DNA of 64,000 nucleotides from the human T2T-CHM13v2.0 reference genome, Homo sapiens. A program made the position numbers and the translations under genes. The stretch lies in the NCBI RefSeq assembly GCF_009914755.1, contig NC_060933.1. One strand, given 5' to 3'. Shown piece after piece: positions 53,107 through 64,000 of the stretch. Under the pieces are notes generated by a model. It saw only the letters and a list, made by a program, of their open reading frames with translations. It was not told the origin of the DNA and searched no databases. Within the stretch, counting starts at the first letter, position 1; each line of letters opens with the position of its first letter.

Positions 53107-56100
53107 GAACCTCCCTTCCTCTCCCTGTCGGTCTCAGGGTGCTGCAGCCCTCTGCACGTGAGCTGTGAGCTCTCCTAACATATGTCCTGGGCTGATCGCC
53201 CTGGTGCTCACTTAGGGCTTCTTTCTTTGGGGTGTCAACAGGCCCCTTCGTGGGATGGTTCGGAGCACTCTCTCATGGGAACTTTCCTGCTGCCGCTTTT
53301 GGGGCGACTCCAGCTTGGGGTTTAGTGAAACAAACCAGAGGCCACTCACGTGGCAGAGGGCATCCACGCTCCTTGGCCCGCCATTCCAATGTTAATCTTA
53401 CCCAGAAACACCAAAGGTAAGTCCCCGGGGCCTCGTGGCCCAGGCAAGTTGACACAGAATTCACCACCCCAGTGTGGGAGGGCTGCCGCGTGATTCGTGC
53501 CAACTGGCACAGACCCCGGCAAAGATGATCAGATGTTAAACTGTCCCTCAGGCCTGTCCCCCGGCCCGCCATGCTCAGAAAATTCTCATCCTGTTCCATG
53601 CTGTTGTGGCATACCCTTCCCCCACAAATCCTCCGGGAACAGGGAGAAGGGTGGAGGAGAATGGGGCCCTGAAATGAGGCACCCCTACTTCCAACACTCA
53701 CAACATGCTAAATCATGAAATGTCTCTGTCTCCTCAATCAGTTAAAATACCGGCTGTGGCGTGAGGACCTGTCAGACAGGGCTTACCTTGAATAATGCCG
53801 GGATGACCCATGGTTTTCTGTGGCTCCACCTTACCTCCCGTCAGCTCCTCACCAGCAGAAGGCAGACGCCAGCCCACGAGCACTGGTCAAACATCAGACG
53901 GCTTTGTACTGTCACCCCCCTCGTTCACCAGGCCAGGAGGCTGCTGGTGAGGGGGTCGTGGGTGTGCAAAGCACATGGGACTGCTTCCCTCCATACGCAA
54001 ACATGTGGACACACACATGCTTGCATAGACACCCACCTGCACACACGTGCATGCGTACACATGCAGACACAAACATGCATGCGTATCTTCATGGCTGTGT
54101 GGCAAGGCAGGGTCTTCCCTTCCTCCACTGTAAAAGGAAGGAGTGCATCTCCCAGTCTTATCCACCCTCCTGGGCTGCCTCCTCCTGGAAGCCTCTCCGG
54201 GTTGGAATCCTCACTCCTCCCAGAGCTCACTCGGCCTCTCTTCTGGCCTCCAGGTGTGCTCACTCTCTTGAATTATGATGCTCGACCTTGAGTTGTGCTC
54301 CTGTCTATCTCAGCCTGTTGAGCACGCAGGTTCCCTCTTGTCCTGTCCTGCTCCCACTCTGGCTCCGAGCACAGGACATTTTATAGAGTTGGGATTTCAT
54401 AAACACGGGTTATATGAACAACGGAACGCTAAGCGCATCCCCCAAGACGCTCACTGCTCAATCAAATGGCTGCCGCTTACCAATAACATAACCGGACTCC
54501 CCCCATCCAGGGCGGGGGCACAGCCAGCGTGAGGGCTTCCCTGAGCAAAGGCGGCTGTGCCATTGGCCCATGCGGAGTCACAGCCAGCAGCAGGGCCTTC
54601 AAGCAGCCCCTGGGAGGACGTCTGCTCCCTCCTGTCCTCCTGGCTCCTGTCACTCCCCTGTCCCCCTTTCCCCCATGCCCTGTCCTGCCCTGGGAGCCGC
54701 AGGAGCCTCAGGAACCCACTTTGTGGACCGCAGTTGAGGTCCCTCAAGTCACGTGCGTGCTCTTGGACTCACAATGCAGGGTGACCTGAAATCCTGACGC
54801 CCGGTTCTAGCTGGTGCCCTTCCCACTGCGCCCACTGGGCTTTGCCACCAGGAACGGACGTTTTGAGTGCATGTTACAGCTCTCAAAGTACAGCCTCATT
54901 TGTTGTCTCTCGCTGTCCCCAGCTCTGCAAAGTGCATTTTCTAACTTAGAGAGGTCAGCGGGGCCCCCAGAGCTGCACAGAAAGGCAGCAATGCAGCCGG
55001 GAGCCCAAGTCTGGGTCCTCTCAAATTCCCCCAACACCCTGACGTGCCCCAGAGGCCTCCTTAGGGGTGACACCTCTGGAGGCAGCAAGTGAATTATCCA
55101 CACCCTCCTGCAGGACGAGGCTTCCCTTTCCAGAGCCCTCAGGACCTACCACCTTCCTTCCCCACCACCCCTCCCTCCCTGGCTCTGCCACCGGGTCCTC
55201 TGGGGCTCCTGAAATGTTCCATCAGACACAGTTGGCAGGCGCCTGCCGAGCATCTGCATGGATAGCCGTGTGAGGAGACATGGCATAATCACGGCTTGAG
55301 GCTCATTCAAGAAAAGTGGATCGGACTTTGGGCGACAGCTTGCCAATTCCATGAAGGCTTTAAGCGCCGCTGAGAACGCTGAGGACTGTTCTGTATGAGG
55401 CCCGAGAGCGGCCTGCATTGCGCACGTTGCCCCTTTGGAATTCTCTTAGCCAGGTGCCTTCAGTTACAGATGGACTTTGGTTTCCACACAGGAGATGACA
55501 GATAATGTACCCAGAAAGGGATTTCCTGTGTGGCCAGACGAGGGGCCCCGTACCCTGAGTAATGAGTGGGTAAGCCACACCCCTGGGGCAGCATCATGAG
55601 ATTTAGCTTGCTCTGCAAAAGCTGTCTGGGAGCTGCACTTGGCCTCTGCGCGGGGGGCTCTCAGGGACCCAGGAAGAACCCCTCTTCCAGGTTCAGATCC
55701 ACAGTCCTTACCCCTTGGGACCCCATTAGCAGACACAGAGTCCAGCATCAAGGGGTAATTTCATAAGAGCAATGCAACGTAGGGCCCCTTGGTCTCGCCT
55801 CATCCTCTCCTCCCTCGTATTAGGAGCTCAATTGCTGTCCCGCCCCCTCCCCCTGAAATAAACTTTTCACTAGAAGCAAGAGCCTGGCTGGCATCTTCGG
55901 GCACAGCCCCCCTCTAAGAGCAGCCCAGCCTCAATCCCGGCTCCAGAACCAGGAAGGAAAGAGTCTTTTCAAATAAAGCAGTGTTTGTTTTTAATTATTG
56001 GATTAACTACCGACACCTTTGCTTGCATCCTCTGCACTCTAAGGGGAATTAGCGGCAAAGCAAATTGTAAAGACTTGGAGCCAGCATTTCTCCGGTGAAC

Positions 56101-56936
56101 TCCTTGCCTCTCAGCGTGACCGGCCTTCCCTTGCAGCGTCACGGAGTTAGCACAGGGCTCAGCACTCGTTGTCCAGTGAGGCTGCAACTGCTGGGCCAGC
56201 CACACAGAGCTTCCAGGGCTCAGGATAACGTCTCGGGGTGGCCCAGGGACAAGGCCTTTTCTGTCTGGGCTGTAGAGACGGGCACAGGCAAATTCAGAGT
56301 CAACACCAGCCTGGATGAGAGTGCAGACTTTCTTCTTCAGAGTCCTCCCACAAGCCGGGGTGCACTGAATACTGTATCACACTGGGGCATCGTCATATTC
56401 TTTGCTTTGAATCAGGACACTCATTACGACTCTGTCCACTATGGTGTCCAGCCCTGAGCTAGCTCAGCATGGGAGCCACTGTGGCCCACATGTGGACACA
56501 TCCCCAAACTCCTGTGGGCTGCTCCGAGCCAGCATTTCTTCTGCTACCTGTTGGAATGACTCAAGTAGAGAGCAGCTAAGGCCTTGAGAGATTCAGAATA
56601 GGGACAGAGGGCCCTGGACACAGGAGCCTTAGAGCTGGCACAGAGGATGGGGCTGCTCCGCCCTCCAGGATAGGCCAGACTGGGCAAAAACTGGCCTCTG
56701 GGATGGAGGAGACAGCACTGATGTCCAAATAATGAGTGGGAACCCTGCCCTCCCACGGTCCTGGGTTCCTAGGGCTGGGCCTGGCCTCACTGGCTCTGGG
56801 GTCACCTACAGCCTCAAAGGTGACTTCCAGCACAGAGCTGGAGACCTGGATGGCCTGCATGTTCCCCTCCAGCTAAAGAAAAACCCAGCTCCCTGCCCCT
56901 CACTAAGAGAGCCTGTGCCTGGGGCCTGAGGCTGAA

Positions 56937-57135
56937 CAGGGGCATGTCCCGACCAGCGGGCTCCTCCAAGGGGACAGTCGGTCATGTGTGGAGGTATTTT
57001 TTTGTTGTAACAATGGGGGAGTGCCCTGGCCTCTAGTGGACTGGGTGCTGCTGGCCAGCCTACCACACACAGGACACACCTGGGCAATGACTCATCCAAC
57101 CTGAAAGGCAGCAGTGCCAAGGCTGAGAGGCCCTG
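56937..57135 (+). mobile_element. MER20 (hAT-Charlie) DNA transposon
   Basis: AGGGGACA..TTTTTGTTGTAACAATGGGGG..CTGGCCTCTAGTGG..CACAGGACA..AGTGCCAAGGCTGAGAGGCCCTG. Confidence 0.82.
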
Positions 57136-57489
57136 TTCCAGACCAGAGGAAGGGGTGGTTCTCTGATGCCCAGGAGTGATGCTCCCTCCTCAAGGCTCAG
57201 ACACCACGGGAAGGCCGCATGCATCCTCGGACCTGGGCACAAACAGGCTTTACAACTCCAGGGCTGCTGGGGAACCAGGGTCCCTGTGCAAGGAAGTCCC
57301 TTTCTGGGCACTTTATCTATCGCCTCCTGTGTAGAAACCAAGCCCATCTGTAACTGAAGGGAACTGGCTGACCCGGGCTGACAATTTAGGTGTCTGCTGG
57401 ATTAGGTAGGGCCCTGGGTGCCCCCATGGGACAGAGTCCTAGGGCAGCATCCTTAAAAAGTATGGGTGTCTTCTTCCATTATCTTAGCA

Positions 57490-58250
57490 ACATCACACGT
57501 AGCACACGCACCACACACATGTACACACACATGCTCACATGCACATACACCATGCATCCATGCATATATCCCTGTTCACACTGCCCACACATATGCCCAC
57601 ATACACACAATTCATTTAGCCAAACTCTCAGGCTAATTTTAAAAACATATAATTTTCTAATAAAAACTAACTGCACACATGCCCACTCCGCACACATGCC
57701 CACTCTACACACGTGCCCACATACACAGTGCACACATGCATGCATCACATATGCCCACATACACACATAGTGCACACATGCACACACCATACATATGCCC
57801 ACAGCACACACATGCCCACATATGCACAGTGTATGCATGCACATGCCACATACATGCCCACATACATGCAGAGTGCACATATGTCCACATATGCACATAG
57901 GGCACATATGCATGCAACACACAAGCCCACATACACACACAGAGCATACATACACACACCACACACATGCCCACATATGCTCACATGCACACACCACACA
58001 CATGTCCACATATGCACACAGTGCCCACATGCACACACCACACACATGTACACATACACACAGTGCACACACCACACACAAGCCCAAATATGCACACATG
58101 CACACACCACACACATGTCCACATATGCACACAGTACATACACCACACACATGCCAACATATACACAGTATGCACATGACCACATATGCGCAGAGTATAC
58201 ACCTGCACATATTCCGTGCACACATGCTCACACGTGCACCTGCACACACA
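57490..58250. repeat. Degenerate (CA)n/CACATATG-rich tract
   Basis: CACA/CATG/CATATG variants with a short AT-rich interruption at ~57610-57670. Confidence 0.95.
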
Positions 58251-60094
58251 CCTTGCTTTAAAGGATTACTCCCATTTTCTCCTGCCCCGCCACCTCCTGG
58301 CTCATCTCGCCTGCAGGAGAAAAATGAGCTGAGATTAAGGCGTCTTGATGGAATCTGATGTGGCCTCTCGCATTACTCATCTGTGTGTGGCTCCTGCGTG
58401 AGGAGGCTTTAGTATTCCACGCACTCTGTTCCCCGCTCACCCCGATCCTTCACCGCCCAGAACGCATCCTTTTCATCCCTAATATTATTGTTCACATCCT
58501 CGCTGAGCTATTGTGGCGTCCTCTGTCCTTCTGAAGCTGAGGTTTCACCGAAATGAATGCAAACGACAGAAGCAGATATTTACAGCCCAGACCTGAAGCA
58601 GCGGCTGGGCCCTGGTGGCTTTTATCATTGAGGGTGAACCACACGCTGCCCTCCTCTAGAAAACCTCCCAAACCAATTTTGCTTGATCTCTTGGTAACGA
58701 TTTGGTTCAAAGCCTCCTTTCTTATTATATTTGCTCTTTGGAGCATTTTTGCCCACAGTGATCACTTTATAATCACTGGATTACGAGACCTGCCAGGATT
58801 CACATGGCCTGCCCTCCCCAGCAGAGCCGTCTTCGGGTAGAGCCGTTTCAGAGCAAGGGAGGCCTGCGAGAACCAGAGGGCCCCCAGCCCTGCTCTTGTC
58901 TCCAGGCCCAGCAGTGAGTCTCACCGCAGTTTCTCCCGCTTTAGGACTCATTTTCCTCCCTGCTGAGACCCGCACTGCTCGGCAGGCCTCTTGTCTGCTC
59001 GTGGAGGGAGGGGGTCCCAGCTGGGAGGCAGAAGGTTTAGGAGAATCAGGAGGGGCAAGTTCACCTCCAGAGACACAGAGTGCTCTCCTGAGAAACTGAG
59101 CGCTGGGCTCTGAGCTCCAGAAGTTTCTCTCAAGCCCCCTTGGCCCCTCCAGCCAGCACCACTGCCCAGTCTGGACAGTAGACAGCCTGCAGCCCCAAAC
59201 ACTTCATCAGCCAACCCCTGCTCAGAACATTTACACACAGCCTCGACTCTAGGCTTGCTTTTTCCTCCCAGCCCTGAATTCAAAAAAAAAAAAAAAAAAC
59301 TTCCCAAAATATGAATTATGTATTGAAAACCCAGGCAGAGCAATCACGAGCAATAAATAATTCCAAGCTACAGACACATTAGTTAGCTGTACAATTCGCT
59401 TACAGGCCAAACCAACCATCTCATTAACAACCAGCAAAAGCAGGGCTGCCACCAAGGTGTGGATGCTGAGAAACTGTCACGCTGCTAGGCAGAGGCATCT
59501 CCGCATCATCCCGCATGCACGGGCCCCCCGGAGCCAGGCACAGTCCAGCGTCACTGGCGCGTTTGGCTCAGGCGGGAAGGTTCCATTCTCAGACAGCGAG
59601 GAAGACGTTTGAAGACATGCCACTCTGTTGAATGGCACGCACGCCCGGGTGTACGAGATAGTCCAACCACGTGTTGCTGAAGAGCCCTCCTTTATGGGCT
59701 TGCGAAGAACTCCATGCAGCTCTAGGAGTTTCTGAATTAACAGACAAGAATTTTATGGAAATGAGCACTTAAGGGACCTGTGGTTCAAGTAGACATTAAG
59801 TGCTTTGCGGGGGATCATTTTGCTCTCTGGGTTATTTTTTCTATTATCCCATTCAACTTGTTGGCATAATGAGTTGGCAATGTCTTCATAAATTAGTTGC
59901 TAAGCAAGGTTCGATCTTAACCCTGAACCTTCTTAAATAATCCCAAATTAGCAGGCATGTCCTTGCTGGGGGCGGACTGGGTGTGATCAGCTTTGGTCTC
60001 TCCCTCCGATTCAAGGAAGGCTCCGAAGCGTCTTCGTCTCCAGCAGCAGCTGTATCTTTACGGAGCAGCACTTCATGGGCACATTTCATGGCCA

Positions 60095-60250
60095 TAACTT
60101 CTGAGTGGTTTCTTTGCGCCAGGCACTGTGCTGATTGATGTGAATTAGCTCATGGAATTTCAGTACTGTTACAAAATAACTATTATCATTATCCCCGTCT
60201 TACCTATGAAACAACAAGATCGGGGAGCTTAAGCAGCCCGCTAGGGTTCC
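60095..60250 (-). mobile_element. MIR relic
   Basis: GCGCCAGGCACTGTGCT..ATTAGCTCAT..CTATTATCATTATCCCCGTCTTAC..ATGAA. Confidence 0.6.
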
Positions 60251-61609
60251 AGGGCTGGTGGGAGGAAGCAGAAATGGGACATGCCCCAAGGTCAGCCCCC
60301 TCCTTTGACTTCTGAGCTATTCTGGACCCCATCATGCTGCAGTGGCGTAGACAGGGCAGACGTTGCGTTGTGGGCAGATGATGCTTTTGTCCTGAGGCAC
60401 GTGCCTGGAGAGTGGCCGGGCCTGGGAGAGCCAGGAGCTCCCTTTCAGCCTGCAGAGCAGCCACATGTATCTCATTTCATCGAAGACAAGGGGTGGGCAG
60501 GGACCTTCCTCAGAGCCAGGCTCTCTCCTGAAGAAAGCTCCATCTTTCCCTCCAGAAGTCAGGTCCCTGGACCCGCAGCCACCATCTGGCATGCCTGCCC
60601 TCTTCCCGTCCTCCCCAGCCTTGGTGAGAAAACACACAAGGACCTGGACAGCCCGTGACCCCAGCAGCCTCTGCAGAGACGCGGCCCTCAAAGTGCTATC
60701 CACACTCTCACCTTCTCCAGTTAGGGATCCATTTGGCCCGAGGCAGCCCTGATCCATCACGGCCCTGAATCGCAGGCTGTAATGCACTCACTGCCGAAGA
60801 GCTGGGTCCAGGGTCCTGCCTCAGCAGCTGTGCCGGGGGCAGCACCTGGCCAGGAGGCTCAGAGAGCAAACATTTTTTTCCCCTTAAGTGAAATTCATGC
60901 TGGGTCTATCCAAGCTTCTCTCGGCATCTTAATGCCTTAAAAGCTTCAGCTTTCTCTCTGGGTCAATTTTCTTCCAACAAAATATGAAAATGAAGGCTTG
61001 AAAGCCCACTGCTGTGGTGTGAGCACCAGACCAGGCCATCAGAGCCTGAGCATTGCATCACACCGGCTTAAATATTTAAAGAGATGCTGGGTAGCAAAGA
61101 GCCCTCAGGAAGTGCAGGGCTGGGGAGGGTTGCGGGGTGCCAGAAGGACGTCGGAAGTCTGTCTGATGATGACAGGAGCCATCTGGCGGGGAACTGCCTG
61201 AGCCTCCCAGGGTGGCTCCTGACAACAGCTGTGAGGACCAGCAATGGTGACACAGGGATGTGGTCTCTGCAGCCACTCCTCCAGGGCCCGGGGAGGGGGC
61301 ATCGTGATGGACCCAATGTCGCAGATGGAGAAGCTGAGGCTCAGAGAGGCAGGGGCCCTGAAATCTAATCCAACCCCCACCCCGGAAACCTTGGTATCTG
61401 CTCCTGCGTCTGGTTTTGGGCACTCCCAAAATGGCACAGCAGGAAGGATCATGAGACTCATCAGTCCAAACCCATTAGTTTCCAGAAGGAAAACTGAGGC
61501 CCAGCCTCGCTCAAGGTCACCCAGATTGGTCAGGGTGGGAAGAAAAACCTGACTTAGATTTTGTTTCTCAAACATTAATTTGTTCGTTTAATTGATTATC
61601 TCATAGATG

Positions 61610-61760
61610 TGTGTTGCACATGGTAGACCCTCAACTTGTTGAATGAATGAATGAATGAATGAATGACATCTACTCTGTGCCAAGCACAATACTGGACACT
61701 GGGGACCCTAAGGTGGGAGGACCATGGGTCTTGATCTCAAAAAGTAGAGTAGAGAAGACA
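61610..61760. mobile_element. L2 3'-end relics around a (GAAT)n run
   Basis: GCACATGGTAGACCCTCAACTTGTTGAATGAATGAATG.., then CTACTCTGTGCCAAGCACAATACTGGACACTGGGGA. Confidence 0.65.
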
Positions 61761-61972
61761 GATCATCCATGGCCCTGGCCAGGGGCAGGTGCTGGGGAAG
61801 AGGGCTGGTGAGAGCTGGGACGGACACAGGGCTGCTGCCCGACTGAAGCTTGTATTAGATTCATCTCTGAGCTGCAAAGTCTGGGGACAGAGCACGTGGC
61901 AGGAGGCTAGCAGGGTGTGAGAGGCTGCCTCTGAGCAACCAGTGAGTGAATGATCCACAGCACACGGTCACA

Positions 61973-62432
61973 GGGGCTGCTCCATATATACACCCATGAA
62001 TAAAGGGGCTGGTCCATGTACACACCCATGAACAAAGGGGCTGGTCCATATACACATGCATGAACAAAATGGCTGGTCCATGTACACACCCACGAACAAA
62101 GGGGCTGGTCCATGTACACGCCCATGAACAAAGGGGCTGGTCCATATACACATGCACGAACAAAGTGACTGGTCCATGTACACGCCCACAAAGGGGATGG
62201 TCCAGATAGATGTCTACGAAAAAAGGGGCTGGTCCATATACACATGCATGAACAAAGGGGCTGGTCCATGTACACTGGCATGAACAAAGGGGCTGGTCCA
62301 CATACATGCGTATGAACAAAGGGGCTGGTCCATATACATGCCTATGAACAAAGGGGCTGGTCCATATACACACCCACAAACAAAGAAACTGGTCCATATA
62401 CACACCCACAAACAAAGGGGTTGGTCCACGTA
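61973..62432. repeat. Minisatellite, 32-bp unit, about 14.5 copies
   Basis: Consensus GGGGCTGGTCCATRTACACAYSCATGAACAAA; 32-bp spacing with one 28-bp unit. Confidence 0.96.
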
Positions 62433-62526
62433 GATGCCTACTAATGCCTGTAGGCTGGAGCACCTAGCACAGCCAGACAAAGGCTTGTGAAGCTCTATGC
62501 AGGGACAAGGCTAGCGGCTGCCCTGG

Positions 62527-62989
62527 TGTGATGGTTAATTTTATATCAGTTTGACTGACCATAAGGTGCCCAGGTTAAACTTGGTTTCTGAATGTGCCTG
62601 TGGGGTGTTTTCAGATGAGGCTGGCCATCTGTGCCTGTAGACTCAGTACGGGTGGGCCTCATCCAATCTACAAGGGCCTGAATAGAGCAAAATGGCTGGG
62701 GCAGGAGGAACGTGCCCTCTCTCCTCCTGCCTGCTGGCTGGTCTGGGACACTGCTCTGGTACAGCCCCTGGGCTGGGGCTGATGCCATTGGCTCCTCGGC
62801 TTCTGGGGCTTTGGGACTCGGATTGGAACTGGACCCCAGCTTTCCCAGGCCTCCAGCCTGCAGGCAGTCTAGGGTGGGGCTTCTCAGCCTCCAGAGTGAC
62901 ATGAGCAGAGTCCCATATCAGTCAATCTCCTTTATACATCTCCTACCATTCTGCTTCTCTCACTTCTCTGGAAAACCCTGACTAACACA
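62527..62989 (+). mobile_element. MLT2 (B/C-like) complete solo LTR with 5-bp TSD
   Basis: TGTGATGGTTAATTTTAT start, CTCTGGAAAACCCTGACTAACACA end (TG..CA); TSD CCTGG at 62522-62526 and 62990-62994. Confidence 0.93.
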
Positions 62990-63129
62990 CCTGGACAGAG
63001 TGAACGCTGGCAGAAAGCCGTCTTGGTTCATTTTCCTCTGCTCTGCGGGTCCTGCACTTACCTACCCTCACGTCTGCCTGCACAGATCCTCACCCAGGGT
63101 TTGGAGGGGACAGCCTGGGACTTGTGCTC

Positions 63130-63290
63130 ACCTCCACCACTGGCTGGCTATGTGAGCTTGGCCAAGCCACCTCTTTCCTCTTTCCATGTCCTCATCTGCA
63201 GAGTGGGGAAAGAGCAGTGTGCCCGTCCTCCGGTTGTCCTGAGCCTGCCAGGACAGAGTCCAGGGGAACGGCCATCAGTGACCTGAACAC
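63130..63290 (+). mobile_element. MIR relic
   Basis: CCACTGGCTGGCTATGTGAGCTTGGCCAAG..TCCTCATCTGCAGAGTGGGGA. Confidence 0.65.
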
Positions 63291-64000
63291 AGCAAGGGTC
63301 AAAAAACTGGTAGCTCCATTTCCTGCTCCTCCGTCCCCTGGATCCACCTCCCTGTGTCCTCCTCTGGGCCGGGGCCCTGCCCTCAGATACTTGCAGGCTC
63401 ATGGAGGAAATAACCAGGAGAATCGAGGGTTTCAGAACTGGAAAGAAGAGCAAGCCTGGTCCCCTGGGGACCCTGGCACGCCATCCGGAGTGGGAGCCTT
63501 CACCATGGGCAACGCCGCTTCTCACTGTTCATGGTGGGTGAAGGGTGTAAGCTGCCATCTACGCTTGGCAGGAGGTGAGACCAGCGAGTGGCCTTCCTGC
63601 AGGCCTGAGGAGGAAGTGCCAGGACTTGTTCTCCCAGGCATGACTTGGCAGCGACGGCGTTGCCAGAACACACACTTCCAGCACTTTCATGGAAAGCCCA
63701 GACCTGCTGGCTTAACTGGCTTGGAGCACCACTCCTGGGTGAGGACACAGCTCCCAGCCAGATGTCCTGGCAGGTGACGCCTGGAAAACACAATGTATCA
63801 TGCCAGAGACCGTCTCGGCTCTGGAGGGAGGGCACTTGGCGTCACAGCTGTATTGGGGACCAGAAGGCGCTTGTCCCAGCTCTCTGGATTTCTCTCTTAT
63901 TTCAGTAGAGGCCCTTTCTAAGTCCCCTGGCTGGCTCCTCGTCCCTCCCTGGCCTCCCTAACAAGGGCAGTCTCCAGGGCTCTGCCTTCAGCCATCCTCT

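Noticed and set aside
56454-56467. 14-bp perfect palindrome CTGAGCTAGCTCAG, and an AT-rich near-palindrome at ~32432-32454
   Set aside because: A few palindromes of this length are expected by chance in 64 kb

Overview
Primate (human-like) non-coding genomic DNA from a GC-rich region with a distal/subtelomeric character. It is probably a large intron or gene desert; I cannot name the locus from sequence alone. I find no credible protein-coding gene, tRNA, rRNA or CRISPR array. The long ORFs in the track fall on microsatellites, minisatellites, Alus or GC-rich random sequence. Interspersed repeats include 9 Alus (J, S, Y), a decayed near-full-length ancient L1 (~18.7-25.3 kb) with nested insertions, an L1MC 3' end, MLT1/MLT2/MER31 LTRs, MER53 and MER20 DNA transposons, and MIR/L2 relics. 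Tandem repeats include four minisatellites (62, 28, 45 and 32 bp units), three long CA/TG tracts and many small tandem duplications. The most notable unexplained structures are: a 68-bp near-perfect inverted duplication of apparently unique sequence ~1.1 kb apart; a 28-bp VNTR with a 252-bp higher-order period that may derive from a GC-shifted MIR; VNTRs that multiply SOX or EGR motifs; a TCF/LEF motif cluster; and strongly contrasting GC drift between old repeats. None of this amounts to a demonstrated new biological system. Repeat family names come from my recollection of consensus sequences and need RepeatMasker/Dfam confirmation.
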